This document shows positions 16,809 to 26,354 of a DNA stretch of 64,000 nucleotides, one piece after another. The DNA lies in the NCBI GenBank assembly GCA_035545675.1, contig DASZYA010000001.1, forward strand, positions 237 through 64,236. Reading direction: 5' to 3'. Both the position numbers and the translations under genes were made by a program. How positions within the stretch are numbered: position 1 is the first letter of the stretch; the number at the start of each line of letters is the position of its first letter. The notes beneath the pieces are model-generated. The model saw only the letters and a program-made list of their open reading frames with translations. It did no database searches and was not told the DNA's origin. This DNA comes from Patescibacteria group bacterium. GTDB taxonomy: Bacteria; Patescibacteriota; Microgenomatia; Levybacterales; GWA1-39-11.

Positions 16809-19097
16809 TTAAACCGCATAGAGATTTTTTTGAAAATTGAAAAAAGTGGATCTAATCTTATCGACTCCTCCCAAAGCTTGCTCTGCATCCGAAACTGCCT
16901 GGTACTTTAAGTTAAGCAAATCAGGAAGTTTTTCCTCACTTAGTTCTTCCACTCCAGTATCGATGTATTTATCTAAGACAAATTCCAAAAAATCTTTTTG
17001 TTCTTTATTCAAACCGTTAAGAATAGTGCTTTTACTAGAAGCTACTCTCTTTTCTCTTGTAATTGGAGATGTTGCGAAGGAAATATAAGAAAAAACATCA
17101 AATAAATCACTGTCTTCTGCGTCAATCATTTTCTGTAATGTTTCCAATTCATCTTTTCCATATCCTAGTTCTGATATTTTGTCCAAGAAGACTTTTCTTG
17201 TTATTGGATTTGACCAAATCCTTCTTAAATCTTCTTCGTTCTTGAAGAAATCAGGAAGCGCACCGAAAATATTATTCAAGAATTCTTCTGCCGAGATTGG
17301 CTTACCATCTGCGCTCCAAAACGAAGTAGATATCATGTGCTGTATTTCTCTATCTTTTCCATCACGGAGTTTTATTTTTATTCTTGCTGGATGTTCTACA
17401 ATAGTCGTTGATTCTTCACGCTTTGCAGATGTATTTATAATTCTAGGAATTTTTGGATTATCAACGATTGAGTCGATTGGATCACCATCCCATTCCGGAT
17501 CTGAAAAATGCTTATATGCATCTACGAAATCTATAATTGTAAAGTACTCTTTTCCATCAAAAAGCCTAGTGCCTCGTCCAACAATTTGCTTAAACTCTAT
17601 CATGGAATTTATCGGGCGCATTAAAACTATATTTCTGACATTTCTAGCATCAACTCCAGTTGAAAGCTTTTGCGATGTTGTCAAAATTGTTGGAATTGTT
17701 CTTTCATTATCTTGAAATTCACGAAGATAATGTTCTCCCAATGCACCATCATTGGCCGTAACACGGACACAATAAAGTGGGTCTGGGTTTTTTTTAAGTT
17801 GATTTATTAAATCTCTGACAACCAAAGCGTGAGTTTGATTTGCACAGAATACAATGGTTTTTTCGTTTTGATTTATTTCAGAAAGCATTATTTTTACGCG
17901 AGCTGCTTCTCGCTCTCTTATTTCAATAATCTTATTAAAATCTGCCTCGTCATAGATTTTTCCCTCTTCAACTTCACCCTCAACAACTTCATCGTCGGAA
18001 GTGTAAACATAATCATCAAGAGTCGTTTTCACTCTTTTAACTTTAAATGGTGTCAAAAATCCATCATTAACACCCTCCTTTAATGAGTATGTGTAAACGG
18101 GCTCTCCAAAATATCTATATGTATCAACATTGTCTTTTCTTTTTGGAGTTGCAGTAAGACCTAGCTGAACAGCTGGCGAGAAATAATCAAGAATCCCGCG
18201 CCAATTTGACTCATCATTTGCTCCTCCTCTATGACACTCATCGATAACGATAAAATCAAAAAAATCCGCAGGATAATCCCCAAAATATGAAGTGTTATTT
18301 GGGCCGCTCATAAACGTCTGAAAAATTGTAAAGAAGATACTACCATTTGTCGGTACATTTCCTTTTTTCCTAATATCTGATGGTTTTATTCTGACTAACG
18401 CATCTTCTGGAAAAGAGGAAAATGCATTAAATGCCTGATCGGCCAAAATGTTTCTATCAGCTAAAAACAAAATCCTAGGGCGCCTTGAGCCATCACGAGT
18501 CAAATTCCATCTGGTCTGAAATAATTTCCAAGCGATTTGAAATGCAACCGAGGTTTTTCCGGTTCCAGTTGCCATTGTTAAAAGTATCCTATTTTTTTCT
18601 TCAGCAATAGCATACAAAACCCGATTGACCGCAATTTCCTGATAGTATCGGGTGCCATTTTGTCCCTCAAGAGGTATCGAGTCAAATTTTTCTTTCCATA
18701 TATTGTAGTTCTTATTTGTCAAGTTCCATAATTCATCAGGAGACGGGAATTTATCAATGTATTCTTCTTTTCCCGTGGACATATTGATTTGATAAATTTT
18801 GTGTCCGTTTGTGGAATATGTGTATTGAAGTTTTAGTTTGTCTGCATATTCTTTTGCTTGACCAACACCTTCGGTTTCATGCTCTCCTTCTGCTTTTGCC
18901 TCAATGACAGCCAATTTTTTATTACTGTAGACCAAAACATAGTCTGCTATTTCTGGTTTTCCTCGTCCACCACCAGGAATAATTTTCCCGTCGGTAAAAC
19001 GGAATTCACGTAAGACTTTTGACCTTTCAACCTCTCCCCAACCAGATAATTTGAGTAATGGATCAATCAATTCAGCTCGTGTCTCAGCTTCATTCAT
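16809..19097 (-). CDS. hsdR: type I restriction enzyme R subunit (endonuclease/helicase)
   Basis: The N-terminus MNEAETRAELIDPLLKLSGWG is the HsdR signature. There is a PD-(D/E)xK-like IADYVLV...IEAKAEGE and SF2 helicase motifs TGTGKT and DECHR. 762 aa. Confidence 0.9.
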   Translation of the reverse strand: MNEAETRAELIDPLLKLSGWGEVERSKVLREFRFTDGKIIPGGGRGKPEIADYVLVYSNKKLAVIEAKAEGEHETEGVGQAKEYADKLKLQYTYSTNGHKIYQINMSTGKEEYIDKFPSPDELWNLTNKNYNIWKEKFDSIPLEGQNGTRYYQEIAVNRVLYAIAEEKNRILLTMATGTGKTSVAFQIAWKLFQTRWNLTRDGSRRPRILFLADRNILADQAFNAFSSFPEDALVRIKPSDIRKKGNVPTNGSIFFTIFQTFMSGPNNTSYFGDYPADFFDFIVIDECHRGGANDESNWRGILDYFSPAVQLGLTATPKRKDNVDTYRYFGEPVYTYSLKEGVNDGFLTPFKVKRVKTTLDDYVYTSDDEVVEGEVEEGKIYDEADFNKIIEIREREAARVKIMLSEINQNEKTIVFCANQTHALVVRDLINQLKKNPDPLYCVRVTANDGALGEHYLREFQDNERTIPTILTTSQKLSTGVDARNVRNIVLMRPINSMIEFKQIVGRGTRLFDGKEYFTIIDFVDAYKHFSDPEWDGDPIDSIVDNPKIPRIINTSAKREESTTIVEHPARIKIKLRDGKDREIQHMISTSFWSADGKPISAEEFLNNIFGALPDFFKNEEDLRRIWSNPITRKVFLDKISELGYGKDELETLQKMIDAEDSDLFDVFSYISFATSPITREKRVASSKSTILNGLNKEQKDFLEFVLDKYIDTGVEELSEEKLPDLLNLKYQAVSDAEQALGGVDKIRSTFFNFQKNLYAV

Positions 19098-19103
19098 AAT
19101 TAA

Positions 19104-20288
19104 TTATAGCTCGCCAGCGAATGCTTTTTGCAAAACAGACTTTTTCAACTCTTCCAAATCCGCCAACTTTTTTTTGTAATTTTCTTCGAGCCTCTTAGTC
19201 TCCTTTGAAAGTTCATCTAGCTTCTTAACAATTCCTTTTTGTACAGAAACCGGAGGGACTGAGATTTCTATATTTTCAATCATTGGTACAGTCAATTGCG
19301 GAATAGATGTTCCGGTATTCGAAAATTCGAAGTTTAGAGTTATGTAATACAAAAAAAATAAGTCTATTAATTCTTCATTCGGAATAAGAACAATTAATCT
19401 TACAACTGGATAAAAACTTTCTTCTCTGACTTCGGAATAGCCTATCGTACCTCTAGCTGATATTGTGATGGAGGGTCTTTTAACTTTTTCTATATTGGTA
19501 AACCCGTATAAGCCTCTATTTTTTACACCGTTAGCGAAAATTGGAACATTGTATTTTTCTGTTTTGACTTTAGAAAAATCATCTTTTGGTAAATCTCCAC
19601 CAGCGAATAACTTATCGCAGATGTCTTTTAGCCGTCGTTTTTGCCAACTTTGATTTGAAAGAACACTATTTAGATATGATTCGAAAAGCTCGCGAGAATT
19701 TTGCAAATTTTTTTCTGCATTTTCTTTAGCTTTATCAAGTTTTTCAAAGATCTGATCAAGTTTTTTGACAATTATTCTCTGTTCGTTAATTTCATGTGGA
19801 ATTGGAATTGGTAACTGTCTAACTATGTCTAGTCTTATTCTGGGTCGGGTAGTTCCTTTCTGTTGTGAATTTATAAAGGATCTGTTTTCTGGAGAATTCA
19901 AGTAATAAAGTAGGTATTTAGAATCTATATACTTTGCTCGTATTCTTACTAAGTCCGCAACTATAATTCCATCATCAAGATTATCAACAATTGCACATAC
20001 CCCAAGAGGATCGCCTAATTTTGTCATTATTATATCTCCATTAGTAAATGAATGTCTTATAAGTTTGTTGTATTTGTTTTTTGATACATAATCCATATTT
20101 TTAATTTCAAGCCCTGCATCTTTGATATTCTGAATTTTCAGCACAGGGGCTCCTTCTGAAGTATAATCGCTTCGTTTAAGATCAGATCCAAATGGCCCAT
20201 CAACTATATCCTGCTTGTAATTTTCACAAAAATCTATAAGTTTTTTTATCTGCCAATCATTTTTCATTTGTATGCCCTTTCCCAACAC
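19104..20288 (-). CDS. hsdS: type I restriction-modification specificity subunit
   Basis: 394 aa with two target-recognition-domain-like halves separated by coiled-coil conserved regions (LFESYLNSV..., KKSVLQKAFAGEL). The true start may be the internal Met at 20267, which would remove the 25-nt overlap with the upstream gene. Confidence 0.85.
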   Translation of the reverse strand: MLGKGIQMKNDWQIKKLIDFCENYKQDIVDGPFGSDLKRSDYTSEGAPVLKIQNIKDAGLEIKNMDYVSKNKYNKLIRHSFTNGDIIMTKLGDPLGVCAIVDNLDDGIIVADLVRIRAKYIDSKYLLYYLNSPENRSFINSQQKGTTRPRIRLDIVRQLPIPIPHEINEQRIIVKKLDQIFEKLDKAKENAEKNLQNSRELFESYLNSVLSNQSWQKRRLKDICDKLFAGGDLPKDDFSKVKTEKYNVPIFANGVKNRGLYGFTNIEKVKRPSITISARGTIGYSEVREESFYPVVRLIVLIPNEELIDLFFLYYITLNFEFSNTGTSIPQLTVPMIENIEISVPPVSVQKGIVKKLDELSKETKRLEENYKKKLADLEELKKSVLQKAFAGEL

Positions 20289-21868
20289 ATACTGAGTGCG
20301 TTGTACACAGCTGGCATTTCGTTTTGAAATTGATCTCGCGAAATTTTATTTGCCACTTCTTTCGCATAATTAACCTTTTGTTTTCGTTTTTTTAAATCCT
20401 TAATTTCTTGATCGCTTTTTTTGAAACCGTTGGGATAATATTTTTCGATTGCACTTTCTGGATGATCATAAAATAAATCCGGAAAGAGTTCTGGGAAACT
20501 ACCTTTCAATTTATTTTCATCATCTGTATTAGTAGAATCTTGTAACACCACAACTTTACCTTTATATACAGGGTTCAAGCTAAGCGGCGTATACACTTTG
20601 TGCAAACCTTCTAAAGTCCTTGCTGTTTGTATGCTGTCGCCGTTCGCAGGAACAATTTGGATCGACGACATCTCAGGATAATAATTCTTAATTATTATTG
20701 TAAGAAATGATACTTCAGTCAGCCCCTCAACAATAAGGAAATTTGATGGTAGTAGAAGATCAGCCGGACTTCCCCCCAGCAACTGATATACAATTTCCTG
20801 CTTTTGAATTTTTTCTGCAACTGGAGATACTAAGGTTCTTTTATCGATTTTCTCTACTTTGTACAGATTTTGTAGATCATGGTCATCAACAACAAGAACA
20901 GAGGAATGTGTATTTATAAAAACTTGATCACCACGCTCAGAAAGTTCTAATAAACAATTTTTCAATGTGCGTTGAGCCGATGGATGAAGATGAACTTCTG
21001 CCTCATCTATAAAAAACAGAAATGTTTTACCGATATCCTCGCGTTCACGTCTGTAATCGGCATAAGCTTGAATAATTGACAACATTAGAGCCCTTTGCAT
21101 TCCGTCACCCTTTTCAGAAGCATCAGTAGAAACGCCATCGTCAACAGTAGTTTCGAAATTCTTCAAAAGATCTTCAAAATTAGGCGGAGAAACTTCAAAG
21201 GTCACATCCGTACAATCTGGAAATTGCTTAACTAAATATGCCTTGACTTTACCACCAATATCATCCAATTCTATTCTAACTTTTGAACCGTTGTCTTTAA
21301 ATAAATTGTTAAATTCTTCCTGAAATTTAATATATTGATCGTCGCCCTCTAATATTGACTCTAATACATCAGAAAGCATTATTCCTATCGGTGTAGTTTT
21401 ACCATATTTTGCCAGATCTTGATAAAACTTTTTCGTACTAATATATTCAAATTTTGGCAGAAAATCATTCAAGGCGGCATCGAATCCGGTTCCAGTCTCT
21501 ATTGGTTTATTGTCAATTAAAAATCGTCTTTTGTTATCCGAAGTTCTGATTACCTCCACATTATCTACTTCTCCAATAATTTTAGCTATTGTCGTCTGAT
21601 TCTTCACATTTTGCATTTTTTCTAACCCATTTTTGGCTCCTGAGAAAACTATAGATACTGATACCGGATTGTTCTCAGGATCTCGCTCTCTGCAAATTTC
21701 ATTCAGTGGCTCATCTTTTTTTGTCCCGGTGTAAAACCAGTCTATTGCTTCGAAAAAGTTAGTTTTACCATGATTGTTTTGTCCTACTAAAACATTGAAT
21801 CCTGATGGCTCCAAAACGACTTCTTCAATCGAACGATAATTTTTAACTATTATTTTAGCTATCTTCAT
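20264..21868 (-). CDS. OLD-family ATP-dependent nuclease (ABC ATPase plus C-terminal TOPRIM), embedded in the hsd operon
   Basis: Walker A is VGQNNHGKTNFFEAI. Walker B and H-loop are FFIDEAEVHLHPSAQR, the AAA_15/OLD signature. The C-terminal TOPRIM-like LIVEGLTE and VVVLQDSTNTDDE motifs are present. The ATGA start overlaps the hsdM stop. Confidence 0.75.
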   Translation of the reverse strand: MKIAKIIVKNYRSIEEVVLEPSGFNVLVGQNNHGKTNFFEAIDWFYTGTKKDEPLNEICRERDPENNPVSVSIVFSGAKNGLEKMQNVKNQTTIAKIIGEVDNVEVIRTSDNKRRFLIDNKPIETGTGFDAALNDFLPKFEYISTKKFYQDLAKYGKTTPIGIMLSDVLESILEGDDQYIKFQEEFNNLFKDNGSKVRIELDDIGGKVKAYLVKQFPDCTDVTFEVSPPNFEDLLKNFETTVDDGVSTDASEKGDGMQRALMLSIIQAYADYRREREDIGKTFLFFIDEAEVHLHPSAQRTLKNCLLELSERGDQVFINTHSSVLVVDDHDLQNLYKVEKIDKRTLVSPVAEKIQKQEIVYQLLGGSPADLLLPSNFLIVEGLTEVSFLTIIIKNYYPEMSSIQIVPANGDSIQTARTLEGLHKVYTPLSLNPVYKGKVVVLQDSTNTDDENKLKGSFPELFPDLFYDHPESAIEKYYPNGFKKSDQEIKDLKKRKQKVNYAKEVANKISRDQFQNEMPAVYNALSMCWERAYK

Positions 21869-23325
21869 AAGATGTTAGCTAGAATTTTATCAAGAAGCTT
21901 GCTAGATTGATTATTCAAATCTCTCATCTCTTTCAGAATTTCTTTTGGACTGCGTAGTGTATTTTCATCTTTTTTGTTTGGGTTTTTGGCGGAAAGATCA
22001 AGTGTTTTTTGATCAATATCTTTTACATCTACTGTCCAAGAATTTTGTGAATCGTCTTTTGTCTTTTGTAAAGTCAAAAACTCTTCGAGGTCTTTATCAC
22101 TCAAAGGATTTGTTTTACCAAGATTTCGATTTAAGCTTAATTGGTAGTACCAAATTTGTTTGGTTGCGCTTCCCTTTTCAAAAAATAAAATCACAGTTTT
22201 TACACCTGCTCCAGTAAACGTTCCACTGGGAAGATCAAGAATTGTATATAAATTACAAGATTCAAGTAATAATTTTCTTAGAGCAACTGAAGCATTATCA
22301 GTATTTGAGAGAAAGGTATTTTTAATAACTATTCCTGCTCTTCCCCCAGCTTTTAAGCTTTTAATAAAATGCTGCAGAAAAAGGAATGCAGTTTCAGAAG
22401 TTTTAATAGGGAAGTTTTGTTGTACTTCTGCTCTTTCACTACCGCCAAAAGGTGGATTTGCCAAAATAATGTCGTAGCGATCTTTTTCCTGAATATCCGA
22501 AATATTTTCAGCAAGAGTATTCGCGTGAATAATATTTGGAGTCTCTATGCCATGAAGTATCATATTCATAACTGCAATAATGTAAGGAAGTGGCTTCTTC
22601 TCTTTTCCGTAAAAAGTTCTTTTTTGAAGAATTTCCCAATCTTTTGGTGATAGTTTCTCTCTATCCTGAGCTAAATATTCAAAAGCTTCTACTAAAAATC
22701 CAGCCGATCCTACTGCTCCATCATAAATCCTATCTCCGATTTTTGGATTTACAACTTTTACTATTATTCTGATTAAGGATCTTGGCGTGTAATATTCTCC
22801 TCCATTACGCCCTGCATTACCCATATTCTTAATTTTTGCTTCATAAAGATGAGAAAGCTCGTGTTTTTCTTTTTGCGAGCGGAATCTTAAAGAATCTATA
22901 ATATCTAAGATCTCACGTAACGTATATCCACTTTGAATTTTATTTCTTATCTCGCTAAAAATTTCGCCGATCTTATAATCGATAGTTTCTGGGCTTTCTG
23001 CTTCTTGCTTAAATTTTCTAAGATATGGGAATAGCTCTTGGTTTACAAAATCTATTAAGTCATCACCGACCAATGCTTTATTGTGGTCTAATTTTCCGTC
23101 AGCCGTTTTTGGTGCTGCCCAAGTTTCCCAGCTGAATTTTGAGTCAATTATATTTTTGTAAGTACGGCCGGCCAGCTTTGCTTCAATTGCCTTATCTTTC
23201 TCAAGATCATCAAGATATTTCAGGAATAAAATCCAAGAGGATTGTTCTACATAGTCAAGCTCACTTGCAACACCAGCATCTTTTCTTAACGCATCATCAA
23301 TATTCTTAAAAGCCTGTTCGAACAT
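21865..23325 (-). CDS. hsdM: type I restriction-modification N6-adenine DNA methyltransferase subunit
   Basis: 486 aa with the HsdM N-terminal domain, motif I IYDGAVGSAGFL and motif IV ILANPPFG. Confidence 0.9.
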   Translation of the reverse strand: MFEQAFKNIDDALRKDAGVASELDYVEQSSWILFLKYLDDLEKDKAIEAKLAGRTYKNIIDSKFSWETWAAPKTADGKLDHNKALVGDDLIDFVNQELFPYLRKFKQEAESPETIDYKIGEIFSEIRNKIQSGYTLREILDIIDSLRFRSQKEKHELSHLYEAKIKNMGNAGRNGGEYYTPRSLIRIIVKVVNPKIGDRIYDGAVGSAGFLVEAFEYLAQDREKLSPKDWEILQKRTFYGKEKKPLPYIIAVMNMILHGIETPNIIHANTLAENISDIQEKDRYDIILANPPFGGSERAEVQQNFPIKTSETAFLFLQHFIKSLKAGGRAGIVIKNTFLSNTDNASVALRKLLLESCNLYTILDLPSGTFTGAGVKTVILFFEKGSATKQIWYYQLSLNRNLGKTNPLSDKDLEEFLTLQKTKDDSQNSWTVDVKDIDQKTLDLSAKNPNKKDENTLRSPKEILKEMRDLNNQSSKLLDKILANIL

Positions 23326-23374
23326 ATCTGAAGCTAATTATAGCTCTTTTCTCTTACAATTGCTATTTATTTAT

Positions 23375-23797
23375 CTAGAATTCGTCGTATTGGATTTCTG
23401 TGATTTTGCCTTTTCTATCCTTAATAATCTTCACATTATTAATATTGTCATTTACTTTTCCAGCTCCGGCTAGATATCCCATCTTAAAAGCTTCATCCGT
23501 AATCTTTTGAAGTTGTTTTATTTTTCTAGCTGGTGTTACCTTGTTATTTACTACATCCTCAATTCTATCTTCTACTTTATTAAGCTTTCCAAAATTTACA
23601 TGTACTCCACTTTTATTTAGAATTAGTTTTTTGAGATCATCTATTCTAATAAGAATTAGAAGGAATGGAAGACAGGCAAAAGAGAGAACATAGTGCTCTT
23701 TTAGGAAAAAGGCGATTCCAAAGATAAGAAAGACAAGGGAGGCAAATATCTTCTCAAAGTTTTTGATTTTATAATCTAAGTTTTCCATTTGAGGCAT
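23375..23797 (-). CDS. hypothetical membrane protein
   Basis: 140 aa with two N-terminal TM helices and a charged C-terminal domain. It is co-oriented with hsdM and 49 bp upstream of it. Confidence 0.45.
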   Translation of the reverse strand: MPQMENLDYKIKNFEKIFASLVFLIFGIAFFLKEHYVLSFACLPFLLILIRIDDLKKLILNKSGVHVNFGKLNKVEDRIEDVVNNKVTPARKIKQLQKITDEAFKMGYLAGAGKVNDNINNVKIIKDRKGKITEIQYDEF

Positions 23798-23800
23798 TAA

Positions 23801-24451
23801 CTAATTTTCCTGAGGATCTTCTTTTTCTTGTCCTAGTTTTTCTCTAAGAATCTCCGCCTTATCTCTTGCAACGTATCGCAATAATGTAACAATTCCTCCT
23901 GCAACAAATTCAAATTGAGCTTCTTCATCATCTAATTCTTCTGCAATTTCTAGCATTACCTCTCCTAATTCCCTATACTCGCCGAAAGCTTCCCCTATTG
24001 ATTCTCCTAATGCTTTTTCTACCGGCTCTCCAGCATTGTAAGATTCTTCTGATTGTCTTTCAATAGACATAGCTTCATCAATATCCATTTGTTTTTTTCT
24101 TATATCTTCTGGCATAGCGAAATGTACGAATGCCATACCGGCAAGCATTGGACTCTCCCAAACAGATAGACTCGGTTCAACTATTCCACTACCCATTGTT
24201 ACTTCCTCCCCTTTATTGTGCTGATCAATTGCTCTTGCAATTTTCCCTGAAAATACTCTTTCTGAATAAAAAGCGTGCAAAAGAAAAAGGTAGGGCTGCT
24301 CATCTGTAAGCATGGTGGAAACTATATCAAAATCAGGAACTGGAGTTGGATTGGGATTAGTATCCGTTTCTTTTAAAGTCCTTATACCTGTTATTGATTT
24401 GGAACGCTCAATATCTTCTGGACCAATCTTAAATAATTCTCTTTCTGCCAT
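23801..24451 (-). CDS. hypothetical strongly acidic protein
   Basis: 216 aa, roughly 22% Asp+Glu, with acidic clusters such as EELDDEEAQFEF. It is 3 bp upstream of the previous ORF. No known motifs. Confidence 0.5.
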   Translation of the reverse strand: MAERELFKIGPEDIERSKSITGIRTLKETDTNPNPTPVPDFDIVSTMLTDEQPYLFLLHAFYSERVFSGKIARAIDQHNKGEEVTMGSGIVEPSLSVWESPMLAGMAFVHFAMPEDIRKKQMDIDEAMSIERQSEESYNAGEPVEKALGESIGEAFGEYRELGEVMLEIAEELDDEEAQFEFVAGGIVTLLRYVARDKAEILREKLGQEKEDPQEN

Positions 24452-24494
24452 AGGCGTATTATACTGCTTTTAGCCACGAATACCAAGTAACAGC

Positions 24495-25238
24495 TTAAAT
24501 TTTGTAGAGGGCGCGCACTGTTGTGGAGGGAGAATATGCTTCATATTTTGCCTTTTCGTCTTCGCTAATATATTTATCTGTAACACTAATGTTAGGAATA
24601 AGCTCCCCCAGTTGTGAGAAATGTTTATGAGACCAAGTAGATTTAAATGCCTCCAAAGTACTTGCCCCCTCACCTAATGCCTTATAAAAAGCGGCATGAT
24701 TATCTGAATCTGGATACCATTCTGCAAGAATGTGCGTAGGCTTAAAAGGCTTTAATACAGAATATGCCCAGGGGACAAATGTTGCAGCTCTCATTCCTGG
24801 ATAATGCTCTCCATCAACTTTCGTCGCAAGATCATAACTCAAAGCTACCACATTTGATGGGATAGTTGAGGCAAATTCTTCATCGAAACGTGCCATATGT
24901 TCCTTAAACAATCTTGGCCTTCTAATATGTGCATCCATTCTAAAATCCCAATTTTCTTTAGCGAATAATCTTACCGATGCTATGAATAAAAAACTTTCGG
25001 TTTTTAGAAGATTAATATCATATTCTTCCTCCCCTATTGCTACTGAGAGCGTACCCGCAAATCCAAATGGCATTTGACGAACAAGAGGAACAGGAACCTT
25101 ACATGCATCATCTTTAACGGCAAGATCACTCAATGGGGGATAGGGAAGATAAAATCCTTTCTCGAAAGGACCAACCGTACCCTCTTCAAGTATCCGAGGA
25201 GGTATACCTCTAAGATCATAATTGTCTGGGCTCGCCAT
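24495..25238 (-). CDS. hypothetical protein
   Basis: 247-aa ORF and first gene of the co-oriented trio. No recognised motifs. Its composition looks GC-richer than the surroundings. Confidence 0.5.
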   Translation of the reverse strand: MASPDNYDLRGIPPRILEEGTVGPFEKGFYLPYPPLSDLAVKDDACKVPVPLVRQMPFGFAGTLSVAIGEEEYDINLLKTESFLFIASVRLFAKENWDFRMDAHIRRPRLFKEHMARFDEEFASTIPSNVVALSYDLATKVDGEHYPGMRAATFVPWAYSVLKPFKPTHILAEWYPDSDNHAAFYKALGEGASTLEAFKSTWSHKHFSQLGELIPNISVTDKYISEDEKAKYEAYSPSTTVRALYKI

Positions 25239-25268
25239 ATTAGCCTCAAATTATAACATAGCCATAAT

Positions 25269-25359
25269 ATTAACGGGTTAAAGGGTTAACGAGTTGCGAG
25301 CTGAAAGATTAAAGCATTAAAGAATTAAAGGATTAACGAATTGCGAACAACGACTTGCC
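25269..25359. repeat. dispersed intergenic element, copy 2
   Basis: ATTAACGGGTTAAAGGGTTAACG plus downstream blocks shared with 13575-13650. It lies in the divergent promoter region between 24495..25238(-) and 25393..26307(+). Confidence 0.6.
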
Positions 25360-25392
25360 ATCTACCATTAAATTGCCAGGTTTAAACCTATA

Positions 25393-26307
25393 ATGTATAA
25401 TCTTCGAATGTCTGAATTTGAAAGGAATACAAATCTTATCCCCCCACCAGTGGATAAAAGGTCTAAAAAAGGGGAATTAGTGGGAGCAATAGGCCTTATT
25501 GTTCCATACACAACTTTCGTAACCTACACAGCTCTTGAAATGAGCCTTGGTGGAAGTATAGAACAAGCCCTAATAAAAATGGGAATTGCTTCTGCAATTG
25601 AAGCGACCGCCCAAATTGCCTATGCAGGGGGCCTTAAATACTTACATAGACATAAAGAACTTACCGAACTTGAAGTCGCTCAAAAACATGTTGATTTATT
25701 CGAAAAAAGATTCGGACAAATGAAAACGATTGATAATTCACCCAAAATTGCGAGGACTCATTCAACCAAACTAGGAATAGACAAAGATAGATACGGAAGA
25801 CTTACCAAATTAACCGAGGCGGTCGTAGTTGGACGACAACAAGGTAACCAAATTACTCAATTTGATTTACTAATAGCTGATTTGGAATATTCAGGCCTAC
25901 ATGTAACGCATGAAAAAGTGTATGACAGTAATGAGACAATCGACTTCAGAAAAAACTTAACCCTACATGGAGCGGTTTTCCAAGACGAAAATGGAAAAAG
26001 AGGCATAATCCTAGCCGCAGAATATCTAATACACGATGCACCAGATCAAGCTGCGAAAGTAGTAGATTTATTAACCAATATGCTTGATCGATATAAAGTT
26101 GATCAAGGTTTCATAGGTTACGAGACCCGCAGCATTGGAAACATGTCTGACCGATTTGTTATTACAACAAATCAAAGCTATGGGAATATGGTTCGCGATA
26201 GACAAATCCATGAATTTGCTCAGAAAACTGGAATGACAAATAGTGAACTTATGAGATTTAGACTTTCGGGTCAACTCCCGAGCGAATTCAAAGACGAAGA
26301 TAGATAA
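25393..26307 (+). CDS. uncharacterised protein, paralog A (membrane-anchored) of a tandem pair
   Basis: 304 aa with an N-terminal hydrophobic region. The C-terminal ~200 aa align with the next ORF (DENGKRG[IV]IL ... R[DS]RQI[HQ][ER]FAQ ... MRFRLSGQ.P.EF). The true start may be the Met at 25408. Confidence 0.55.
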   Translation: MYNLRMSEFERNTNLIPPPVDKRSKKGELVGAIGLIVPYTTFVTYTALEMSLGGSIEQALIKMGIASAIEATAQIAYAGGLKYLHRHKELTELEVAQKHVDLFEKRFGQMKTIDNSPKIARTHSTKLGIDKDRYGRLTKLTEAVVVGRQQGNQITQFDLLIADLEYSGLHVTHEKVYDSNETIDFRKNLTLHGAVFQDENGKRGIILAAEYLIHDAPDQAAKVVDLLTNMLDRYKVDQGFIGYETRSIGNMSDRFVITTNQSYGNMVRDRQIHEFAQKTGMTNSELMRFRLSGQLPSEFKDEDR

Positions 26308-26354
26308 TCACCTCAGATTGTCACAATTTCCCCTATAGTATATAATGTCAGCTT

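Noticed and set aside
17179-17715. 178-aa plus-strand ORF (and other short plus-strand ORFs at 16837-18083) within hsdR
   Set aside because: They are antisense to hsdR, whose identity is certain. They have no motifs and are typical shadow ORFs in AT-rich DNA. The same reasoning rejects 19465..19653, 21945..22772, 25074..25256, 26071..26584, 28224..28730 and the many short antisense ORFs in the glycan locus.
20264-21868. Calling the embedded ATPase a PARIS AriA/AriB fusion or a Gabija GajA specifically
   Set aside because: 534 aa is too short for an AriA+AriB fusion. No UvrD-like GajB partner is adjacent. Only the family-level OLD (ABC ATPase + TOPRIM) assignment is supported by the visible motifs.
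24470-24673. 67-aa ORF bridging the gap between the 247-aa and 216-aa unknown genes
   Set aside because: It overlaps the 3' end of the better-supported 24495..25238 ORF in another frame and has no features. Likely spurious.
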